Shown one piece after another: positions 48,114-58,569 of a stretch of DNA of 64,000 nt (its first letter is position 1; each line of letters starts with the position of its first letter). The stretch comes from Verrucomicrobiota bacterium (GTDB lineage Bacteria; Verrucomicrobiota; Verrucomicrobiia; Verrucomicrobiales; DEV007): positions 10,701 to 74,700 of the forward strand of contig JASFYY010000008.1 in NCBI GenBank assembly GCA_045046875.1, in the 5' to 3' direction. The notes beneath the pieces were generated by a model, which was given only the letters and a program-made list of their open reading frames with translations, was not told where the DNA came from and did not search any database. The translations under genes were made by a program, and so were the position numbers.

Positions 48114-49157
48114 TTATCCCAACTCAGCAAAAACCTTCTCTAGCAATTTCTGTGTCGCTTTGATACCGTCCGGCTCGGACAATTCCTTGCCTTCATATTC
48201 AATGCCCACATAACCACGATACCCCGAGTCTTTCACGATCTTCATCGCCTTGTGAAAATCTGTATGCATTTCCTCACCCTCAGCGTCAAAATCATGACTC
48301 TTGGCGCTGACCCCTTTAGCGTAAGGCATCAAATCTTTAATCCCCTGATAACGATCATACTCAAGCCCCAGTTCACTTTCCGTATAAGCCCCGTCCTTCT
48401 CATAAGGCTTTTTAGCTGCCTGGTATTTCTTGTCATCACCACGATTTTTCACGATATAAAAATTACCAAAATCGGGCAGTGTGCCGCAGTTGTTTCTGCC
48501 GGTTTTTTCCATCACCGAAGCCAACCACGCACCATCCGAAGACAAACCTCCGTGATTCTCAACAATCACCCCGATTTCATGCTGTTTGGCAAAATCACAC
48601 AAACGACTCAAACCGTCCGCGCAGAGACTGGCCTGTTCTTCTGGACTAAGCTTCGCATCCGAGGACGCATTCACCCGGATCGAATGACAACCTAACAGTT
48701 TGGCCGTCTCCACCCAGGCATAATGCCCTTCAACCGTATTTTTTCGTTTCTCCACATTCGAATCCCCTATCTTGCCCACCCCGTCACACATGATCAGCAC
48801 ATTATCCATGCCTAGGTCCTCGGTGCGTTGTTTCAGCTCCAACAGATACTCACGTTTGTTCGGCTGAAGACCAAATTTATCAGTCTTTCTAGCAAAAAAC
48901 TGATTCACATGCTCCAAGGCTGTGATCCCAAAATTATCCTTAGTAAATTTTGGAAAGTCTAAATGCTCCATCTCACCCGCTTTCAAAGCCTTGTGCAAAG
49001 ACCACTCAGCCAACGAAATTTTGAACTGCGGCCCTTTTTCCTCGGGTTTAACTGGAGCCGAAGGTTTGCACGCGGTGGACAAACCAAAAGCGGCTGCTCC
49101 AAGGGACTGACTTCCTACTCTGAGAAATTGACGACGGGAAAATGATGTTACTTTCAT
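48114..49157 (-). CDS. Sugar phosphate isomerase/epimerase TIM-barrel protein, Tat-exported
   Basis: SRRQFL leader, ISLAEWSLH, VENHGG, LPDFGNF, SAKSH, GIEYEG. Confidence 0.88.
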   Translation of the reverse strand: MKVTSFSRRQFLRVGSQSLGAAAFGLSTACKPSAPVKPEEKGPQFKISLAEWSLHKALKAGEMEHLDFPKFTKDNFGITALEHVNQFFARKTDKFGLQPNKREYLLELKQRTEDLGMDNVLIMCDGVGKIGDSNVEKRKNTVEGHYAWVETAKLLGCHSIRVNASSDAKLSPEEQASLCADGLSRLCDFAKQHEIGVIVENHGGLSSDGAWLASVMEKTGRNNCGTLPDFGNFYIVKNRGDDKKYQAAKKPYEKDGAYTESELGLEYDRYQGIKDLMPYAKGVSAKSHDFDAEGEEMHTDFHKAMKIVKDSGYRGYVGIEYEGKELSEPDGIKATQKLLEKVFAELG

Positions 49158-49269
49158 AAAATTAATTGATGAAACTGAGTCTACAGAGCCCCGTTGAAAA
49201 TTCAAGCGCCGCATTCACGTCACTGCCGTCTGCGATCCAGCTGGCAAAACCAGCAAACCCGGCTCACCT

Positions 49270-50844
49270 CTAATCCCGCTTACGAATCTCTGAAAAATAC
49301 AAACCCCGGGGTTTTCGTTTCCACCAGTGCCCCGATTCACGGCGTTCTTGCATCGTCGTGAACTCATACAGATACAACTTAGCCCGCACATACTTTGGCG
49401 GACGATCCCTGAATGGTTGATACTCGAAAAAATCCAACACTTGCGGCGATCCCTGCAACAAACCCAACATCAGGGCATTCATCCACCCTGCATTGCGACT
49501 CTGCGGATGATACTGACGCTCCAGTGCAGCAAACCATAATTGCCAATCCAAACGAGGTTGATGAGGGGCAACAAAACGCGGGCGTTTGTCCAACTTACCC
49601 GGCTTGTATTTCAATCGATATTCCTCCCAACGCCGGCCATCACGACTGCCCTCGAATATGATCTCCGGACGCTGTTTGGTCATCACTCGAAACAAACCAT
49701 AAGCACCCATAGAGCGAAAAGGAGCTAGCTTGGAATAAAGCTGTGACGTCCACTCTGGCAGCGGATTTTTTTTCAAAGTCTTGCCATCCACCAACTGTCC
49801 TGCCACCACCTCCAGCGACAGCAACAACAATATAACCCCCACCAGTCCCCGCAAACCCATTACCGACCAGACCCAGCCAGACTTCGGCAGATCACTGCGC
49901 ACACCTTGCACCGGCTGCTGCATACGGATTTTTTTCAAAAACCAGGACGGCCAAAACTGATCCGCCACCAAAGGCAAACACAGCACGATGGTTAATCCGT
50001 TAAAATACGTGTAATTTCCCGTCGCTATAATCAACATCATCAACCCAGATATCCCAATGGCAGCCACCAGGCGCGGGTATTTTCCCATGAAAATAAAAAA
50101 GGGAAATATCAACTCCACCACCAACATCGGCCAACAAGTGAATTGATTAAAACCATCTGGCAACTGCTGCATCCACCAAGCCGTCCACGGCGGCAACGGT
50201 TGGGTTTCATAGTGAAACAACATCGCGGTGCCATCCCACCAGGAGGGATCCCCACTGGTCAATTTCACATAACCGGCAAAAAACATCAGCCGGAATAACA
50301 ACCACCTCACCAACCACCAGGACCAACGCGGCACATTCGGATCAGGCACTCGCCATGATGTTTTCAGTTTCCACGGCGCAAGCCAAATAGCCAGAAACCC
50401 CACTTCCAGCAACAACATGTCCCACTGAAAACTCATGAAAGCACCTCCCGTGGTCACCAAGGACAAATACAACAACCACAACAATGCCAAACCCTGCCCC
50501 TGTAAAAAACCTGCCGCCACCATCACTGCTAGCACCAGCGCCAACAAACAAGCCGCGTGCAAAACAAAGTCGCTGCTCGATATCAGGAAAACACTCGGTG
50601 CCAGCAAAAATGCGCTTTTGCCTTTGTTACTGGCATAACTTTTAACCTGCTCCAGATAATCCGCCGCCGGTAGCAAGCCGTCCGAACCCACCAATCCCTG
50701 CATTTGCACCCACCAGGACAGCACCGCTACAAAATAAACCAGCGCCAAACCCCTGACCAACAAAGACCGGGAAATCGCACATCCCGAAAGAGGAGCCCTG
50801 AGCCAGCAAAACAACCTTTTTGTCCTCGATGCCTGCTCAATCAT
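49270..50844 (-). CDS. Lipase maturation factor family membrane protein
   Basis: FMSFQWDMLLLEVGFL, WLLFRLMF..G.VKL, HYETQPLP, TGNY, APHQPRLDWQLWFAA. Confidence 0.93.
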   Translation of the reverse strand: MIEQASRTKRLFCWLRAPLSGCAISRSLLVRGLALVYFVAVLSWWVQMQGLVGSDGLLPAADYLEQVKSYASNKGKSAFLLAPSVFLISSSDFVLHAACLLALVLAVMVAAGFLQGQGLALLWLLYLSLVTTGGAFMSFQWDMLLLEVGFLAIWLAPWKLKTSWRVPDPNVPRWSWWLVRWLLFRLMFFAGYVKLTSGDPSWWDGTAMLFHYETQPLPPWTAWWMQQLPDGFNQFTCWPMLVVELIFPFFIFMGKYPRLVAAIGISGLMMLIIATGNYTYFNGLTIVLCLPLVADQFWPSWFLKKIRMQQPVQGVRSDLPKSGWVWSVMGLRGLVGVILLLLSLEVVAGQLVDGKTLKKNPLPEWTSQLYSKLAPFRSMGAYGLFRVMTKQRPEIIFEGSRDGRRWEEYRLKYKPGKLDKRPRFVAPHQPRLDWQLWFAALERQYHPQSRNAGWMNALMLGLLQGSPQVLDFFEYQPFRDRPPKYVRAKLYLYEFTTMQERRESGHWWKRKPRGLYFSEIRKRD

Positions 50845-50865
50845 TCTCCCACCCCTCGCTTCTGC

Positions 50866-52773
50866 CTATTCGGATGCCGCTTTGATCGCCCCCAATTCCT
50901 CCCAGCGCTCATACAGTTCAAGCACTTTCTTTTTGCCGTCGGCCAGTTTGTCCTCCAACTCCTTCCAATCCTCACTGTGATTTTCGTAAAAATCCGGCGC
51001 CGCAAAATCCGCTTCCAAAGACTCCACTTCCTCTTCCGCAGTCAGGATGACTTGCTCGATCTCCTCCAACTCTTTTTCTTCCTTCCACTTCAGCTTGCGC
51101 CCGACCGGCTTCACCTCCTCCTTCACTGGCTCCACGGCAGGCTGACCACCTTTCCCAGCCTTGGACTTCTGCGCCCGCTTCTCAAGGTAATAATCATAAT
51201 TACCGACGTTGTATTTGACCACCCCTTCTCCCTCGAAAGCCAGAATCCCATTACATACCCGATTCAAAAAGTAGCGATCATGACTCACCGCGATCACACA
51301 GCCCTTAAATCCAGTCAAAGCCTCTTCTAACATGCGTAAAGTGCCAAGATCCAAATCATTGGTAGGCTCATCCAATACAATCACGTTGCCACCTCGCTTT
51401 AATATCTTAGCAAGCAAAACCCGGCTGCGTTCGCCACCGCTCAGCAGTTCTATTTTAGTATTGATCCGGTCATCGGTGAATAAAAACCGTTTCAAATAAG
51501 AGCGCAAACTAATATTCTCATCACCTAAGCGCACATACTCGCTACCCTCACCCACATCCTCCCAAACTGATTTGGAGTCATCCAGTGCCAATCGATTCTG
51601 GTCGACATAGTTGATCTGCGTGCGTTTGCCTATCTCTACCGTGCCACTGTCCGCCTGCAACTCACCCAGCATGATTTTGATCAAAGTAGATTTGCCCAAA
51701 CCATTGCGCCCGACAATGCCAATTCGCTGTCCCTCCTCCAGATCAAGGTCCAGGTGATCGAACAATCTTCTGCCGTCAAAACCCATACCCACATCACGCA
51801 ACTCGATGATTTTGTTCGCCAATCGCGCCGCCGGAGGAATGATCAAATCCACATCCAAGTCCTGCTCCGGCGCATCTTTGTCCGCCACTTCAAAATACGC
51901 ATCGATGCGGCTCTTAGCCTTACTGCCACGCGCCTTCGGTGCCCGTCTGACCCAATCGAGCTCTTTTTTCAAAAAACGTTGTCGCTTGTGCTCTTGTAAT
52001 TCTTCAGTCGCCATCCGCTCTGCACGAGCCAACAGATAATCAGTGTAATTACCCTGATAACTAATAAACTCACCTCGAAACAACTCGACCATCCGGGTAG
52101 CGATACGGTCTAAAAAATAACGATCATGAGTCACAAACAAACAAGCCCCTTTGTAGCGGGACAAAAATACCTCCAGCCACTCAATCGCCTCTGTGTCCAG
52201 GTGGTTAGTCGGCTCATCGAGAATCAAAAAGTCCGGACGCGCCAACAAAGCGCGGCACAAAGCCACCCGCCTTTTTTCTCCACCAGAAAGATTCGCCACC
52301 TCTTTGTCCTGCGGCGGAGCATGCAAGTGATTGATCAGACTCTCCGCCCTCTGCTCTAAATTCCAGCCGTCCAAATGAGTGATCTTGTCGAGCAGTTCGG
52401 TGCTGATATGGCTATCGGCATCCAAATTCTCATACTGCTCGATCAGATCCGAAATGTGCTGGGCGCCGGAAAGCACATTGTCCATCACCGTGGCAGACTC
52501 GTCCAACTCGAAAGTCTGGGGCAAATAACCCGTGATCATATCTTTGCGATGAGCCAGCTTACCCGAGTCAGGTTTCAAATCCCCCGCTATGATTCTAAGG
52601 AAAGTCGATTTCCCACAACCATTTCGCCCGACCAAACCGATTCGCTCCCCCTCGTGAATAGCCAAAGTCGCCCCGTCGAGCAGCACTTGATCGCCGTAAC
52701 GCATCGTGAGTTCACTGGCACTCGCAATGGATGCGGTTTGGATGGAATTGGAAGACGTATTTTTCTTGGCCAT
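50866..52773 (-). CDS. ABC-F family ATP-binding protein (Uup-like)
   Basis: Two ABC domains (GRNGCGKST, LSGGE, LDEPTNH; GRNGLGKST, LDEPTND), no TMs, C-terminal coiled-coil ending LYERWEEL. Confidence 0.92.
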   Translation of the reverse strand: MAKKNTSSNSIQTASIASASELTMRYGDQVLLDGATLAIHEGERIGLVGRNGCGKSTFLRIIAGDLKPDSGKLAHRKDMITGYLPQTFELDESATVMDNVLSGAQHISDLIEQYENLDADSHISTELLDKITHLDGWNLEQRAESLINHLHAPPQDKEVANLSGGEKRRVALCRALLARPDFLILDEPTNHLDTEAIEWLEVFLSRYKGACLFVTHDRYFLDRIATRMVELFRGEFISYQGNYTDYLLARAERMATEELQEHKRQRFLKKELDWVRRAPKARGSKAKSRIDAYFEVADKDAPEQDLDVDLIIPPAARLANKIIELRDVGMGFDGRRLFDHLDLDLEEGQRIGIVGRNGLGKSTLIKIMLGELQADSGTVEIGKRTQINYVDQNRLALDDSKSVWEDVGEGSEYVRLGDENISLRSYLKRFLFTDDRINTKIELLSGGERSRVLLAKILKRGGNVIVLDEPTNDLDLGTLRMLEEALTGFKGCVIAVSHDRYFLNRVCNGILAFEGEGVVKYNVGNYDYYLEKRAQKSKAGKGGQPAVEPVKEEVKPVGRKLKWKEEKELEEIEQVILTAEEEVESLEADFAAPDFYENHSEDWKELEDKLADGKKKVLELYERWEELGAIKAASE

Positions 52774-52865
52774 AAAATTACCCGCACGATGCCAGCTAAA
52801 CCGCACTTTTCAAGCTCCGCTCGCCTTTCCACACAATTATCAATTGATAGCCGCCGCCGATACAC

Positions 52866-52907
52866 AAAAAGCCGGCCAGGGGAACATTTCCCCGACCGGC
52901 TTCTTTT
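52866..52907. terminator. Rho-independent terminator (serves the HhH gene on the minus strand)
   Basis: AAAAAGCCGGCCAGGGGAA-CAT-TTCCCCGACCGGCTTCTTTT, with A/T tracts on both sides. Confidence 0.7.
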
Positions 52908-52946
52908 CCAGCTCTAAGGGTCGCGACCCCTTGCTGGATCTGGCAA

Positions 52947-53459
52947 TTAAGAAGATTTATTCTTTGTTTTGCTTTTGCTCGTTTTAGTTTTCGCTTTGGC
53001 GGTGGAACTGCCCGTCAAGGTTTTGCCATGTGCCACCACATCACTGAACACCGACGGCCCCACCCCACTGACTTCCCGGATTCCTTCGATCGATTTGAAC
53101 GGTCGCGCCTTAATCATCGCTTTCGCCCGGACTTCCCCCACTCCGGAAATCGCCGCCAAGGCCTCCGCATCACCGTCATTCAGCAACGCCAACAGTTTTT
53201 TCTTTTGCGTTGGGGTCAATTTCGCTACCAATTTTTCCGCTTCGACATCCGCCTTGCTGGGCTTCGCCACCACCTTGCTTTTGCCCTTGTCCGCTTTAGT
53301 CGTGCTGCTTGCCTTTTTTGAGCTACTCGTTTTTTTGCCCTTGCTCACACTTGACGTACTTTCCTTCTTTTTTGCCAGGCTCACATCAGGCATCCCAGCC
53401 AACAGGCCAAAGACCATCATAAACGCCACCGCCATTCTGAATGTTGATTTCATTTTCAT
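52947..53459 (-). CDS. Exported Lys/Ser-rich helix-hairpin-helix (ComEA-like) DNA-binding protein
   Basis: Signal peptide; LNDGDAEALAAISGVGEVRAKAMIKARPFKSIEGIREVSGVG (double HhH). Confidence 0.8.
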   Translation of the reverse strand: MKMKSTFRMAVAFMMVFGLLAGMPDVSLAKKKESTSSVSKGKKTSSSKKASSTTKADKGKSKVVAKPSKADVEAEKLVAKLTPTQKKKLLALLNDGDAEALAAISGVGEVRAKAMIKARPFKSIEGIREVSGVGPSVFSDVVAHGKTLTGSSTAKAKTKTSKSKTKNKSS

Positions 53460-53762
53460 TTTTTTGTTTCCTTTCTACTTAATTATTTTCTTAGTTTGTT
53501 TGTTTTAGTTTGTTTAACTACTTTTCACATGAACACTGTTCACTAGAACATAGTTAATAGATTTCCTCCATGTTAGGCAAGAACTTTTTCAAAGAAACTT
53601 AGTTAGCTAAATGACCACTCGCTATCCACCCATCCTCACCCCCCATTTTCTATCAAGGAAAACACCCGGTTTTGCACCCACCCCTTTGTCGAAAAATTCG
53701 CGAGGCCGGTGATGAAAACCACCGTATCCAAGCCAGTTGCTGAACGATTAATTCCACACCAC

Positions 53763-54284
53763 TTATTTACCCGAAAAATGCACCTTGGCATCACTGATAA
53801 ACAAGGCGCGTATTTTATCCCAAAAATCACCGCCGAGCACAAACAAACTTGTCAGCAAAAGCGCATCTCCAACAATGGCGTAAGGAAGGGGATTTTGTGA
53901 ATATCCTGGAATATGATTCGCTGCGTAAACCGACAACCAGGCAAACAAAAGCGGCAAACAGAATAACAGTAATCCAATTCGATAGCGTAGCCTACTGACT
54001 TCACGAGGAGGACCATGACGTTTTAAAAAACCGAAAATATTATTTTTAATAAAAATATAACCGGGCTTGCCCATCACCGCGATCGCAACAATCCCTAGCA
54101 CTTCAGCGCCAACTAGCAAGACACCCGATACAGTAGATTTCATTGCCACTGACAATCCGGATCCCATCACCACAGGTATCCCCAACAAAGGCACAACGAT
54201 ACTCAACACAAAAATAACGACACCTAGTGTAAGACGCCCCCTTGATACACTTACTATTTCCGGATCATTTTTTCCACTCATCAT
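53763..54284 (-). CDS. Small four-TM membrane protein ('transporter suffix domain'-like)
   Basis: Four hydrophobic helices, AEVLGIVAIAVMGKPG and SLFVLGGDFWDKIRALF. Confidence 0.65.
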   Translation of the reverse strand: MMSGKNDPEIVSVSRGRLTLGVVIFVLSIVVPLLGIPVVMGSGLSVAMKSTVSGVLLVGAEVLGIVAIAVMGKPGYIFIKNNIFGFLKRHGPPREVSRLRYRIGLLLFCLPLLFAWLSVYAANHIPGYSQNPLPYAIVGDALLLTSLFVLGGDFWDKIRALFISDAKVHFSGK

Positions 54285-54295
54285 CTATCACGCCC

Positions 54296-55369
54296 TCATC
54301 CCCACGCTGCGTAAATACAGAGTGTCACAAACACAGCAGGAAACGCTCTTTGGCAAATATGATCAATTTTCATAGCCATCTCTGCTTTACCCTCATCAAC
54401 CAATCGACTCGTCCATACCGCTTCCAACAAAGCCACGAACACCATCACTGACGCGATCAAAATGAAACCATCCATCCTCGTCACGTAAGACACGTCCGGC
54501 AGCATTGATCCCAAAGCAAATCGATAAGCAATCAAAGTTAACATAGAAGTTATCGCTACGCTAATTTGTGTCGCCGATTGTGAAGGATTAATCCAAAACA
54601 CAATCCAGGACATCATCACAATCATCAATAGTGGCAATAAAACCTTGGTCAGATAATAGCCAATATAGCGACTGGCATCAAATTCAAAAGCTAACCCCGG
54701 AAGGGCAGGCGAGCCCTCGATCAATTCAACCGCTCCCACCTTCACCCTCCAATCAGTGACCTCCCAGTCCGGCAAAGAAAGTTTCTCAGCCAAGCCCGAA
54801 CGATTCTCCTCATCCTTAAACTCTAGCAATCCAACATCCTTGAAATCCATGCTAGCCACGACCAGTTGAATGACAAAAGTATGCTCATCGAGAGGAAAAT
54901 CATGCAGAGTCAACGGATTGGAAAATTTTCCCCAATAGCGTTGCACCCATTCCACATTCCCCTCTGCATCGACCTGCACCACATCGGGGAAGGTCCTAAA
55001 TAGTTTCTGCTGATTGGTGATTTGTAGCACTGGGTTCCAAACTTCTGTCAAAGGCAGCGTTCGCAGCTTAGAACCACTCACTAACCGCGTGTCTTTCCAC
55101 CTAGCGAGCACCACCACATTGGCAGTGAAGGTTTGACTTGCTCCGTCGATTTCATCTATATCGAGTAACTTAACAGAAAGTTCGACCACTGTTTTTCTAC
55201 CCTCGGGATCGGGCCGGGAAGTCCAATCGACCTTTTCCAAGTCCTCTAACTTACCCGAAGGCGCGCTTTTTTTTTCCTGACCAGAAACCTCAACACCGCT
55301 CGCCAGCAAGCAAATTACAAGAAGCACCCAAGAGTAAAAATTTTGTGACAGTGTGTTCATACGAAGCAA
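54296..55369 (-). CDS. Prokaryotic pentameric ligand-gated ion channel (ELIC/GLIC-like)
   Basis: Signal peptide, ARWKDTRL, WNPVLQITN, LHDFPLDEH (Pro-loop), M1 YYLTKVLLP, M2 ITSMLTLIAY, LPDVSYVTRMD, M4. Confidence 0.88.
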   Translation of the reverse strand: MLRMNTLSQNFYSWVLLVICLLASGVEVSGQEKKSAPSGKLEDLEKVDWTSRPDPEGRKTVVELSVKLLDIDEIDGASQTFTANVVVLARWKDTRLVSGSKLRTLPLTEVWNPVLQITNQQKLFRTFPDVVQVDAEGNVEWVQRYWGKFSNPLTLHDFPLDEHTFVIQLVVASMDFKDVGLLEFKDEENRSGLAEKLSLPDWEVTDWRVKVGAVELIEGSPALPGLAFEFDASRYIGYYLTKVLLPLLMIVMMSWIVFWINPSQSATQISVAITSMLTLIAYRFALGSMLPDVSYVTRMDGFILIASVMVFVALLEAVWTSRLVDEGKAEMAMKIDHICQRAFPAVFVTLCIYAAWG

Positions 55370-55539
55370 TTTATAACTTCAAACTATTCACTCTATCACA
55401 AGCGTGCCAAGCAAAATTAAAAAATGGATCTTATTCTCATGCCCTTATCCCCTCTGGATAGAGCCCTCAATTTGTGTTAATGATTATTGCAAGTGACAAG
55501 ACGTTTATATGAATCAACTACCCATTCTTCGTTAATATC

Positions 55540-56988
55540 ATGAGTTGCTTAACCATCATCTGGTCACTGGGTTCAGGTGCCTGCGGACTACTTGCCTTGA
55601 TGCACCTCTTCCTCTGGCTGCGAATTCAGCGGAAAAATTTCTACCTATGGTCCGCGGCAGCCTGCCTGGCGGCCAGCATGGCAGGCATCACCGAGCTCGG
55701 TTTGATGAAATCGCAGTCCACCGCAGCAGCGCAATCGTGGCTCTATGCAAGCAATTTCAGTGCCTTTCTGATTATCGTAGCTCTAACCTGGTTTGTTTAC
55801 GGTTGGTTCCAAACCGGTCGACGATGGCTGGCCCTCTCCATCACTGGCCTGTGGTCAGTAGGACTTCTGGTGAACATTTTGCTACCTGGAAACCTGACCT
55901 TTTCCGAACTCACCGATTTGGCAACCCACCATACCACATGGGGAGAAACCTACGCCACACCCATAGGCACGACAAACCCTTTCATCTGGCTTCCCAATCT
56001 CGCTTCCTTACTGTTTTTCGCCTTCGTTTTTGATGCCTCCCTGCGACTTTGGAAATCCGGCCACCATCGCAGAGCTGCAGTGGTTGGTGGACTCATCACC
56101 GTATTCATCCTGCTTGCGGGTATTCACACCGGATTAGTGGATGCCCAAGTAGTATCCACTCCTTACCTGATCAGTTTTTTCTTTCTGGCGATTGTGCTCG
56201 CACTCAGTTTCGAGCTGGTGCAAGAAGCCGCCCGCGCGGGCGAAGTGGTCGCAGAACTCCGACAGGTTCGCTGTGATCTGGAACATTTTGGTCGCATCAA
56301 CCTGCTGGGCGAACTGGCTTCCGCATTGGCCCACGAGATCAATCAACCTCTTTCCGCCATTCTGACCAATGCGCAGGCCGGTAGCCGCTTCCTTAAAAAA
56401 GAAAATCCGGATCTCAGCGAGATCGATGATATTCTTCATGATATCGTTCGTGATGACAACCGCGCCCAACAAGTGATTCAGCGATTGCGCACCATGTTGG
56501 CAAAAGGCGAAGTGGAGCACCAAGCCTTCGATCTGATAACAAGTATCGAAGAAGTCGCGACGATGTTGCATCATCAACTGCATTCCAATAGTGTCGAACT
56601 GGAAATTGACCTAAAAGGAGAGATCCACGACTTTTCAGGGGATCGTGTCGGAATCCAACAAGTGATGATGAATCTACTCTTGAACGCCGAAAGCGCAGTA
56701 AGCGGCAACCCAAAAGGAATGAGAAAAATCTCGATCCGTAACCGCTTTGCAAACCAGATGGTCGAATTTTTAGTGAATGACAATGGCTCTGGAATCGAGC
56801 CCGTATTGGCAACAAAAATATTCACCCCTTTTTACACCACAAAATCTACCGGACTAGGCATGGGACTCGCTATCTGCAAAAGCATCATCGAAGACCACGG
56901 TGGTGAAATCAAATACGATTATCAAAACGCGCAAGGAGCCACATTCATATTCACCCTGCCCTTGAACGGAACGAATCGAAACGCATGA
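55540..56988 (+). CDS. Multi-TM sensor histidine kinase (FixL/NodV-like core)
   Basis: About 7 N-terminal TMs; LAHEINQPL H-box, NLLLNA, DNGSGI, FYTTK..GLGMGL. Confidence 0.93.
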   Translation: MSCLTIIWSLGSGACGLLALMHLFLWLRIQRKNFYLWSAAACLAASMAGITELGLMKSQSTAAAQSWLYASNFSAFLIIVALTWFVYGWFQTGRRWLALSITGLWSVGLLVNILLPGNLTFSELTDLATHHTTWGETYATPIGTTNPFIWLPNLASLLFFAFVFDASLRLWKSGHHRRAAVVGGLITVFILLAGIHTGLVDAQVVSTPYLISFFFLAIVLALSFELVQEAARAGEVVAELRQVRCDLEHFGRINLLGELASALAHEINQPLSAILTNAQAGSRFLKKENPDLSEIDDILHDIVRDDNRAQQVIQRLRTMLAKGEVEHQAFDLITSIEEVATMLHHQLHSNSVELEIDLKGEIHDFSGDRVGIQQVMMNLLLNAESAVSGNPKGMRKISIRNRFANQMVEFLVNDNGSGIEPVLATKIFTPFYTTKSTGLGMGLAICKSIIEDHGGEIKYDYQNAQGATFIFTLPLNGTNRNA

Positions 56989-56997
56989 TTTATTAAA

Positions 56998-57624
56998 GTG
57001 ACTCTAACACCCCACATCTACATCATCGATGATGACAAATCGATTCGCACCAGTCTGGAACGGGTTTTGCGTTCGTCAGGCTTATCCTCCAAGGTATTCC
57101 CATCAGCTGAAGCTTTTTTAAAAAATGCGGATATAGCGAGTCATAAACCTTGCTGCATTATTCTCGATGTACGCATGGACGGGATCGATGGTCTGGAACT
57201 TCAGAACCGTCTGTCAAAATTACAATCCTCCACTCCTATTATTTTTCTAACCGGACACGGCGATATCCCCATGAGTGTAAAAGCGATGAAACTGGGAGCT
57301 TACGATTTCCTCACCAAACCAGTCGATGCCACCTTGCTTCTTGATACAGTTGATCGGGCATTAAAATTTCATGCTCGACTTCTGACTGAGACCAACCCGG
57401 CCATCAAAACTCGCTTGAGCCGCTTGACTCCGAGGGAATTCGAAGTCATGCGCTGTGTCATCGGCGGGGCGCTCAACAAACAAATCGCATCCCACCTCAA
57501 CATTGCCGAAAAAACGGTCAAAGTTCATCGCGGGCGAGTGACCCAGAAGCTGGGTATAGAATCCGTAGCCGATCTGGTACGGTTGTCGATCAAAGCAAAG
57601 GTGAAACCTATCGAGACTAGCTGA
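56998..57624 (+). CDS. FixJ/NodW-family response regulator (REC + LuxR HTH)
   Basis: IIDDD, ILDVRM, FLTGHGDIPMSVKAMK, FLTKP, LTPREFEV..NKQIA..EKTVKVHRG. Confidence 0.94.
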   Translation: MTLTPHIYIIDDDKSIRTSLERVLRSSGLSSKVFPSAEAFLKNADIASHKPCCIILDVRMDGIDGLELQNRLSKLQSSTPIIFLTGHGDIPMSVKAMKLGAYDFLTKPVDATLLLDTVDRALKFHARLLTETNPAIKTRLSRLTPREFEVMRCVIGGALNKQIASHLNIAEKTVKVHRGRVTQKLGIESVADLVRLSIKAKVKPIETS

Positions 57625-57681
57625 TGACTAAGACCAAAGTCCCATAGACATCTCCACTAATCTTGGGGAAGCTCCAGCAAC

Positions 57682-58530
57682 ATGGATACCTCTTCTGAAT
57701 TCTTCCACTCAACTTCGTGGGCTTGCGCAACATTTTGTACATTATTGACCTTCACTTTAGCCCCCCAAGGCAAAGCTGACGACGATCTCGCCGCCAAAGC
57801 CCAGAATCCAATTGCGAGCATGATCAGCATGCCGCTCGACACCATGATCGACTTTGGGGCGGACAACGGCACTGCTGTTGTATCCACCTTCCAGCCGGTG
57901 ATCCCAATGACTGTAGGTAACTGGAATTTCATCAGCCGACCGATGTTACCGATCATCTATCTTGAAGGAGCCGTCAGCGGTTTACCTTCAATTCCAACGA
58001 TCGATAAAAATGCAGATAACACGGATACCTTTGGCTTGGGTGACCTCAATTACTCGCTCTTCATCTCACCCGCAAAAAGCAGCGGCGTCACCTGGGGCAT
58101 CGGTCCATCCATCACTCTGCCTACGGCCACCGATGATCTGCTTGGCAGTGGCAAATGGTCCATCGGCCCCACGGCGGTAATTCTCATCCAGCCCAAACCG
58201 TGGACCATGGGCGTGCTGGTCAGAAATTTGTGGGACTTCGCTGGTGACGGTGATCGCGCCCAGGTGAATCAATTCATGTTCCAGTATTTCATCAACTACA
58301 ACCTCAACAATGGCTGGTATCTCGCCACCGATCCAATCATGACTGCCAATTGGGGGCAGCCTTCTGACAACCGTTGGACCATTCCTGTCGGTGGAGGAAT
58401 TGGTCGGCTTTTCAAAATCGGAGAGCAACCGGTCAACATGCGATTGCGCGGATATTACAATGTCGATAAACCGACAGGCGGCGCAGAATGGTCGCTCAAC
58501 TTTGCCGTGCAACTGCTGTTTCCAAAATAA
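57682..58530 (+). CDS. Exported putative outer-membrane beta-barrel protein (family often labelled 'neuromedin U')
   Basis: LAAKAQNPIASMISMP, FGLGDL, PTATDDLLGSGKWSIGP, WTIPVGGGIG, C-terminal QLLFPK. Confidence 0.75.
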   Translation: MDTSSEFFHSTSWACATFCTLLTFTLAPQGKADDDLAAKAQNPIASMISMPLDTMIDFGADNGTAVVSTFQPVIPMTVGNWNFISRPMLPIIYLEGAVSGLPSIPTIDKNADNTDTFGLGDLNYSLFISPAKSSGVTWGIGPSITLPTATDDLLGSGKWSIGPTAVILIQPKPWTMGVLVRNLWDFAGDGDRAQVNQFMFQYFINYNLNNGWYLATDPIMTANWGQPSDNRWTIPVGGGIGRLFKIGEQPVNMRLRGYYNVDKPTGGAEWSLNFAVQLLFPK

Positions 58531-58569
58531 ATCAAAATCTGCAATCCAAAACATTTAATCGTTATTCCC

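Noticed and set aside
53491..53520. TTAGTTTGTTT direct repeat resembling a XylR operator half-site
   Set aside because: Direct rather than inverted. It reads as an A-rich leader on the coding strand, like that of the pilin gene, and does not match the palindrome at the ROK gene.
55394..55411. TTGGCACG upstream of the pLGIC gene as a sigma54 promoter
   Set aside because: No GC at the required GG-N10-GC position
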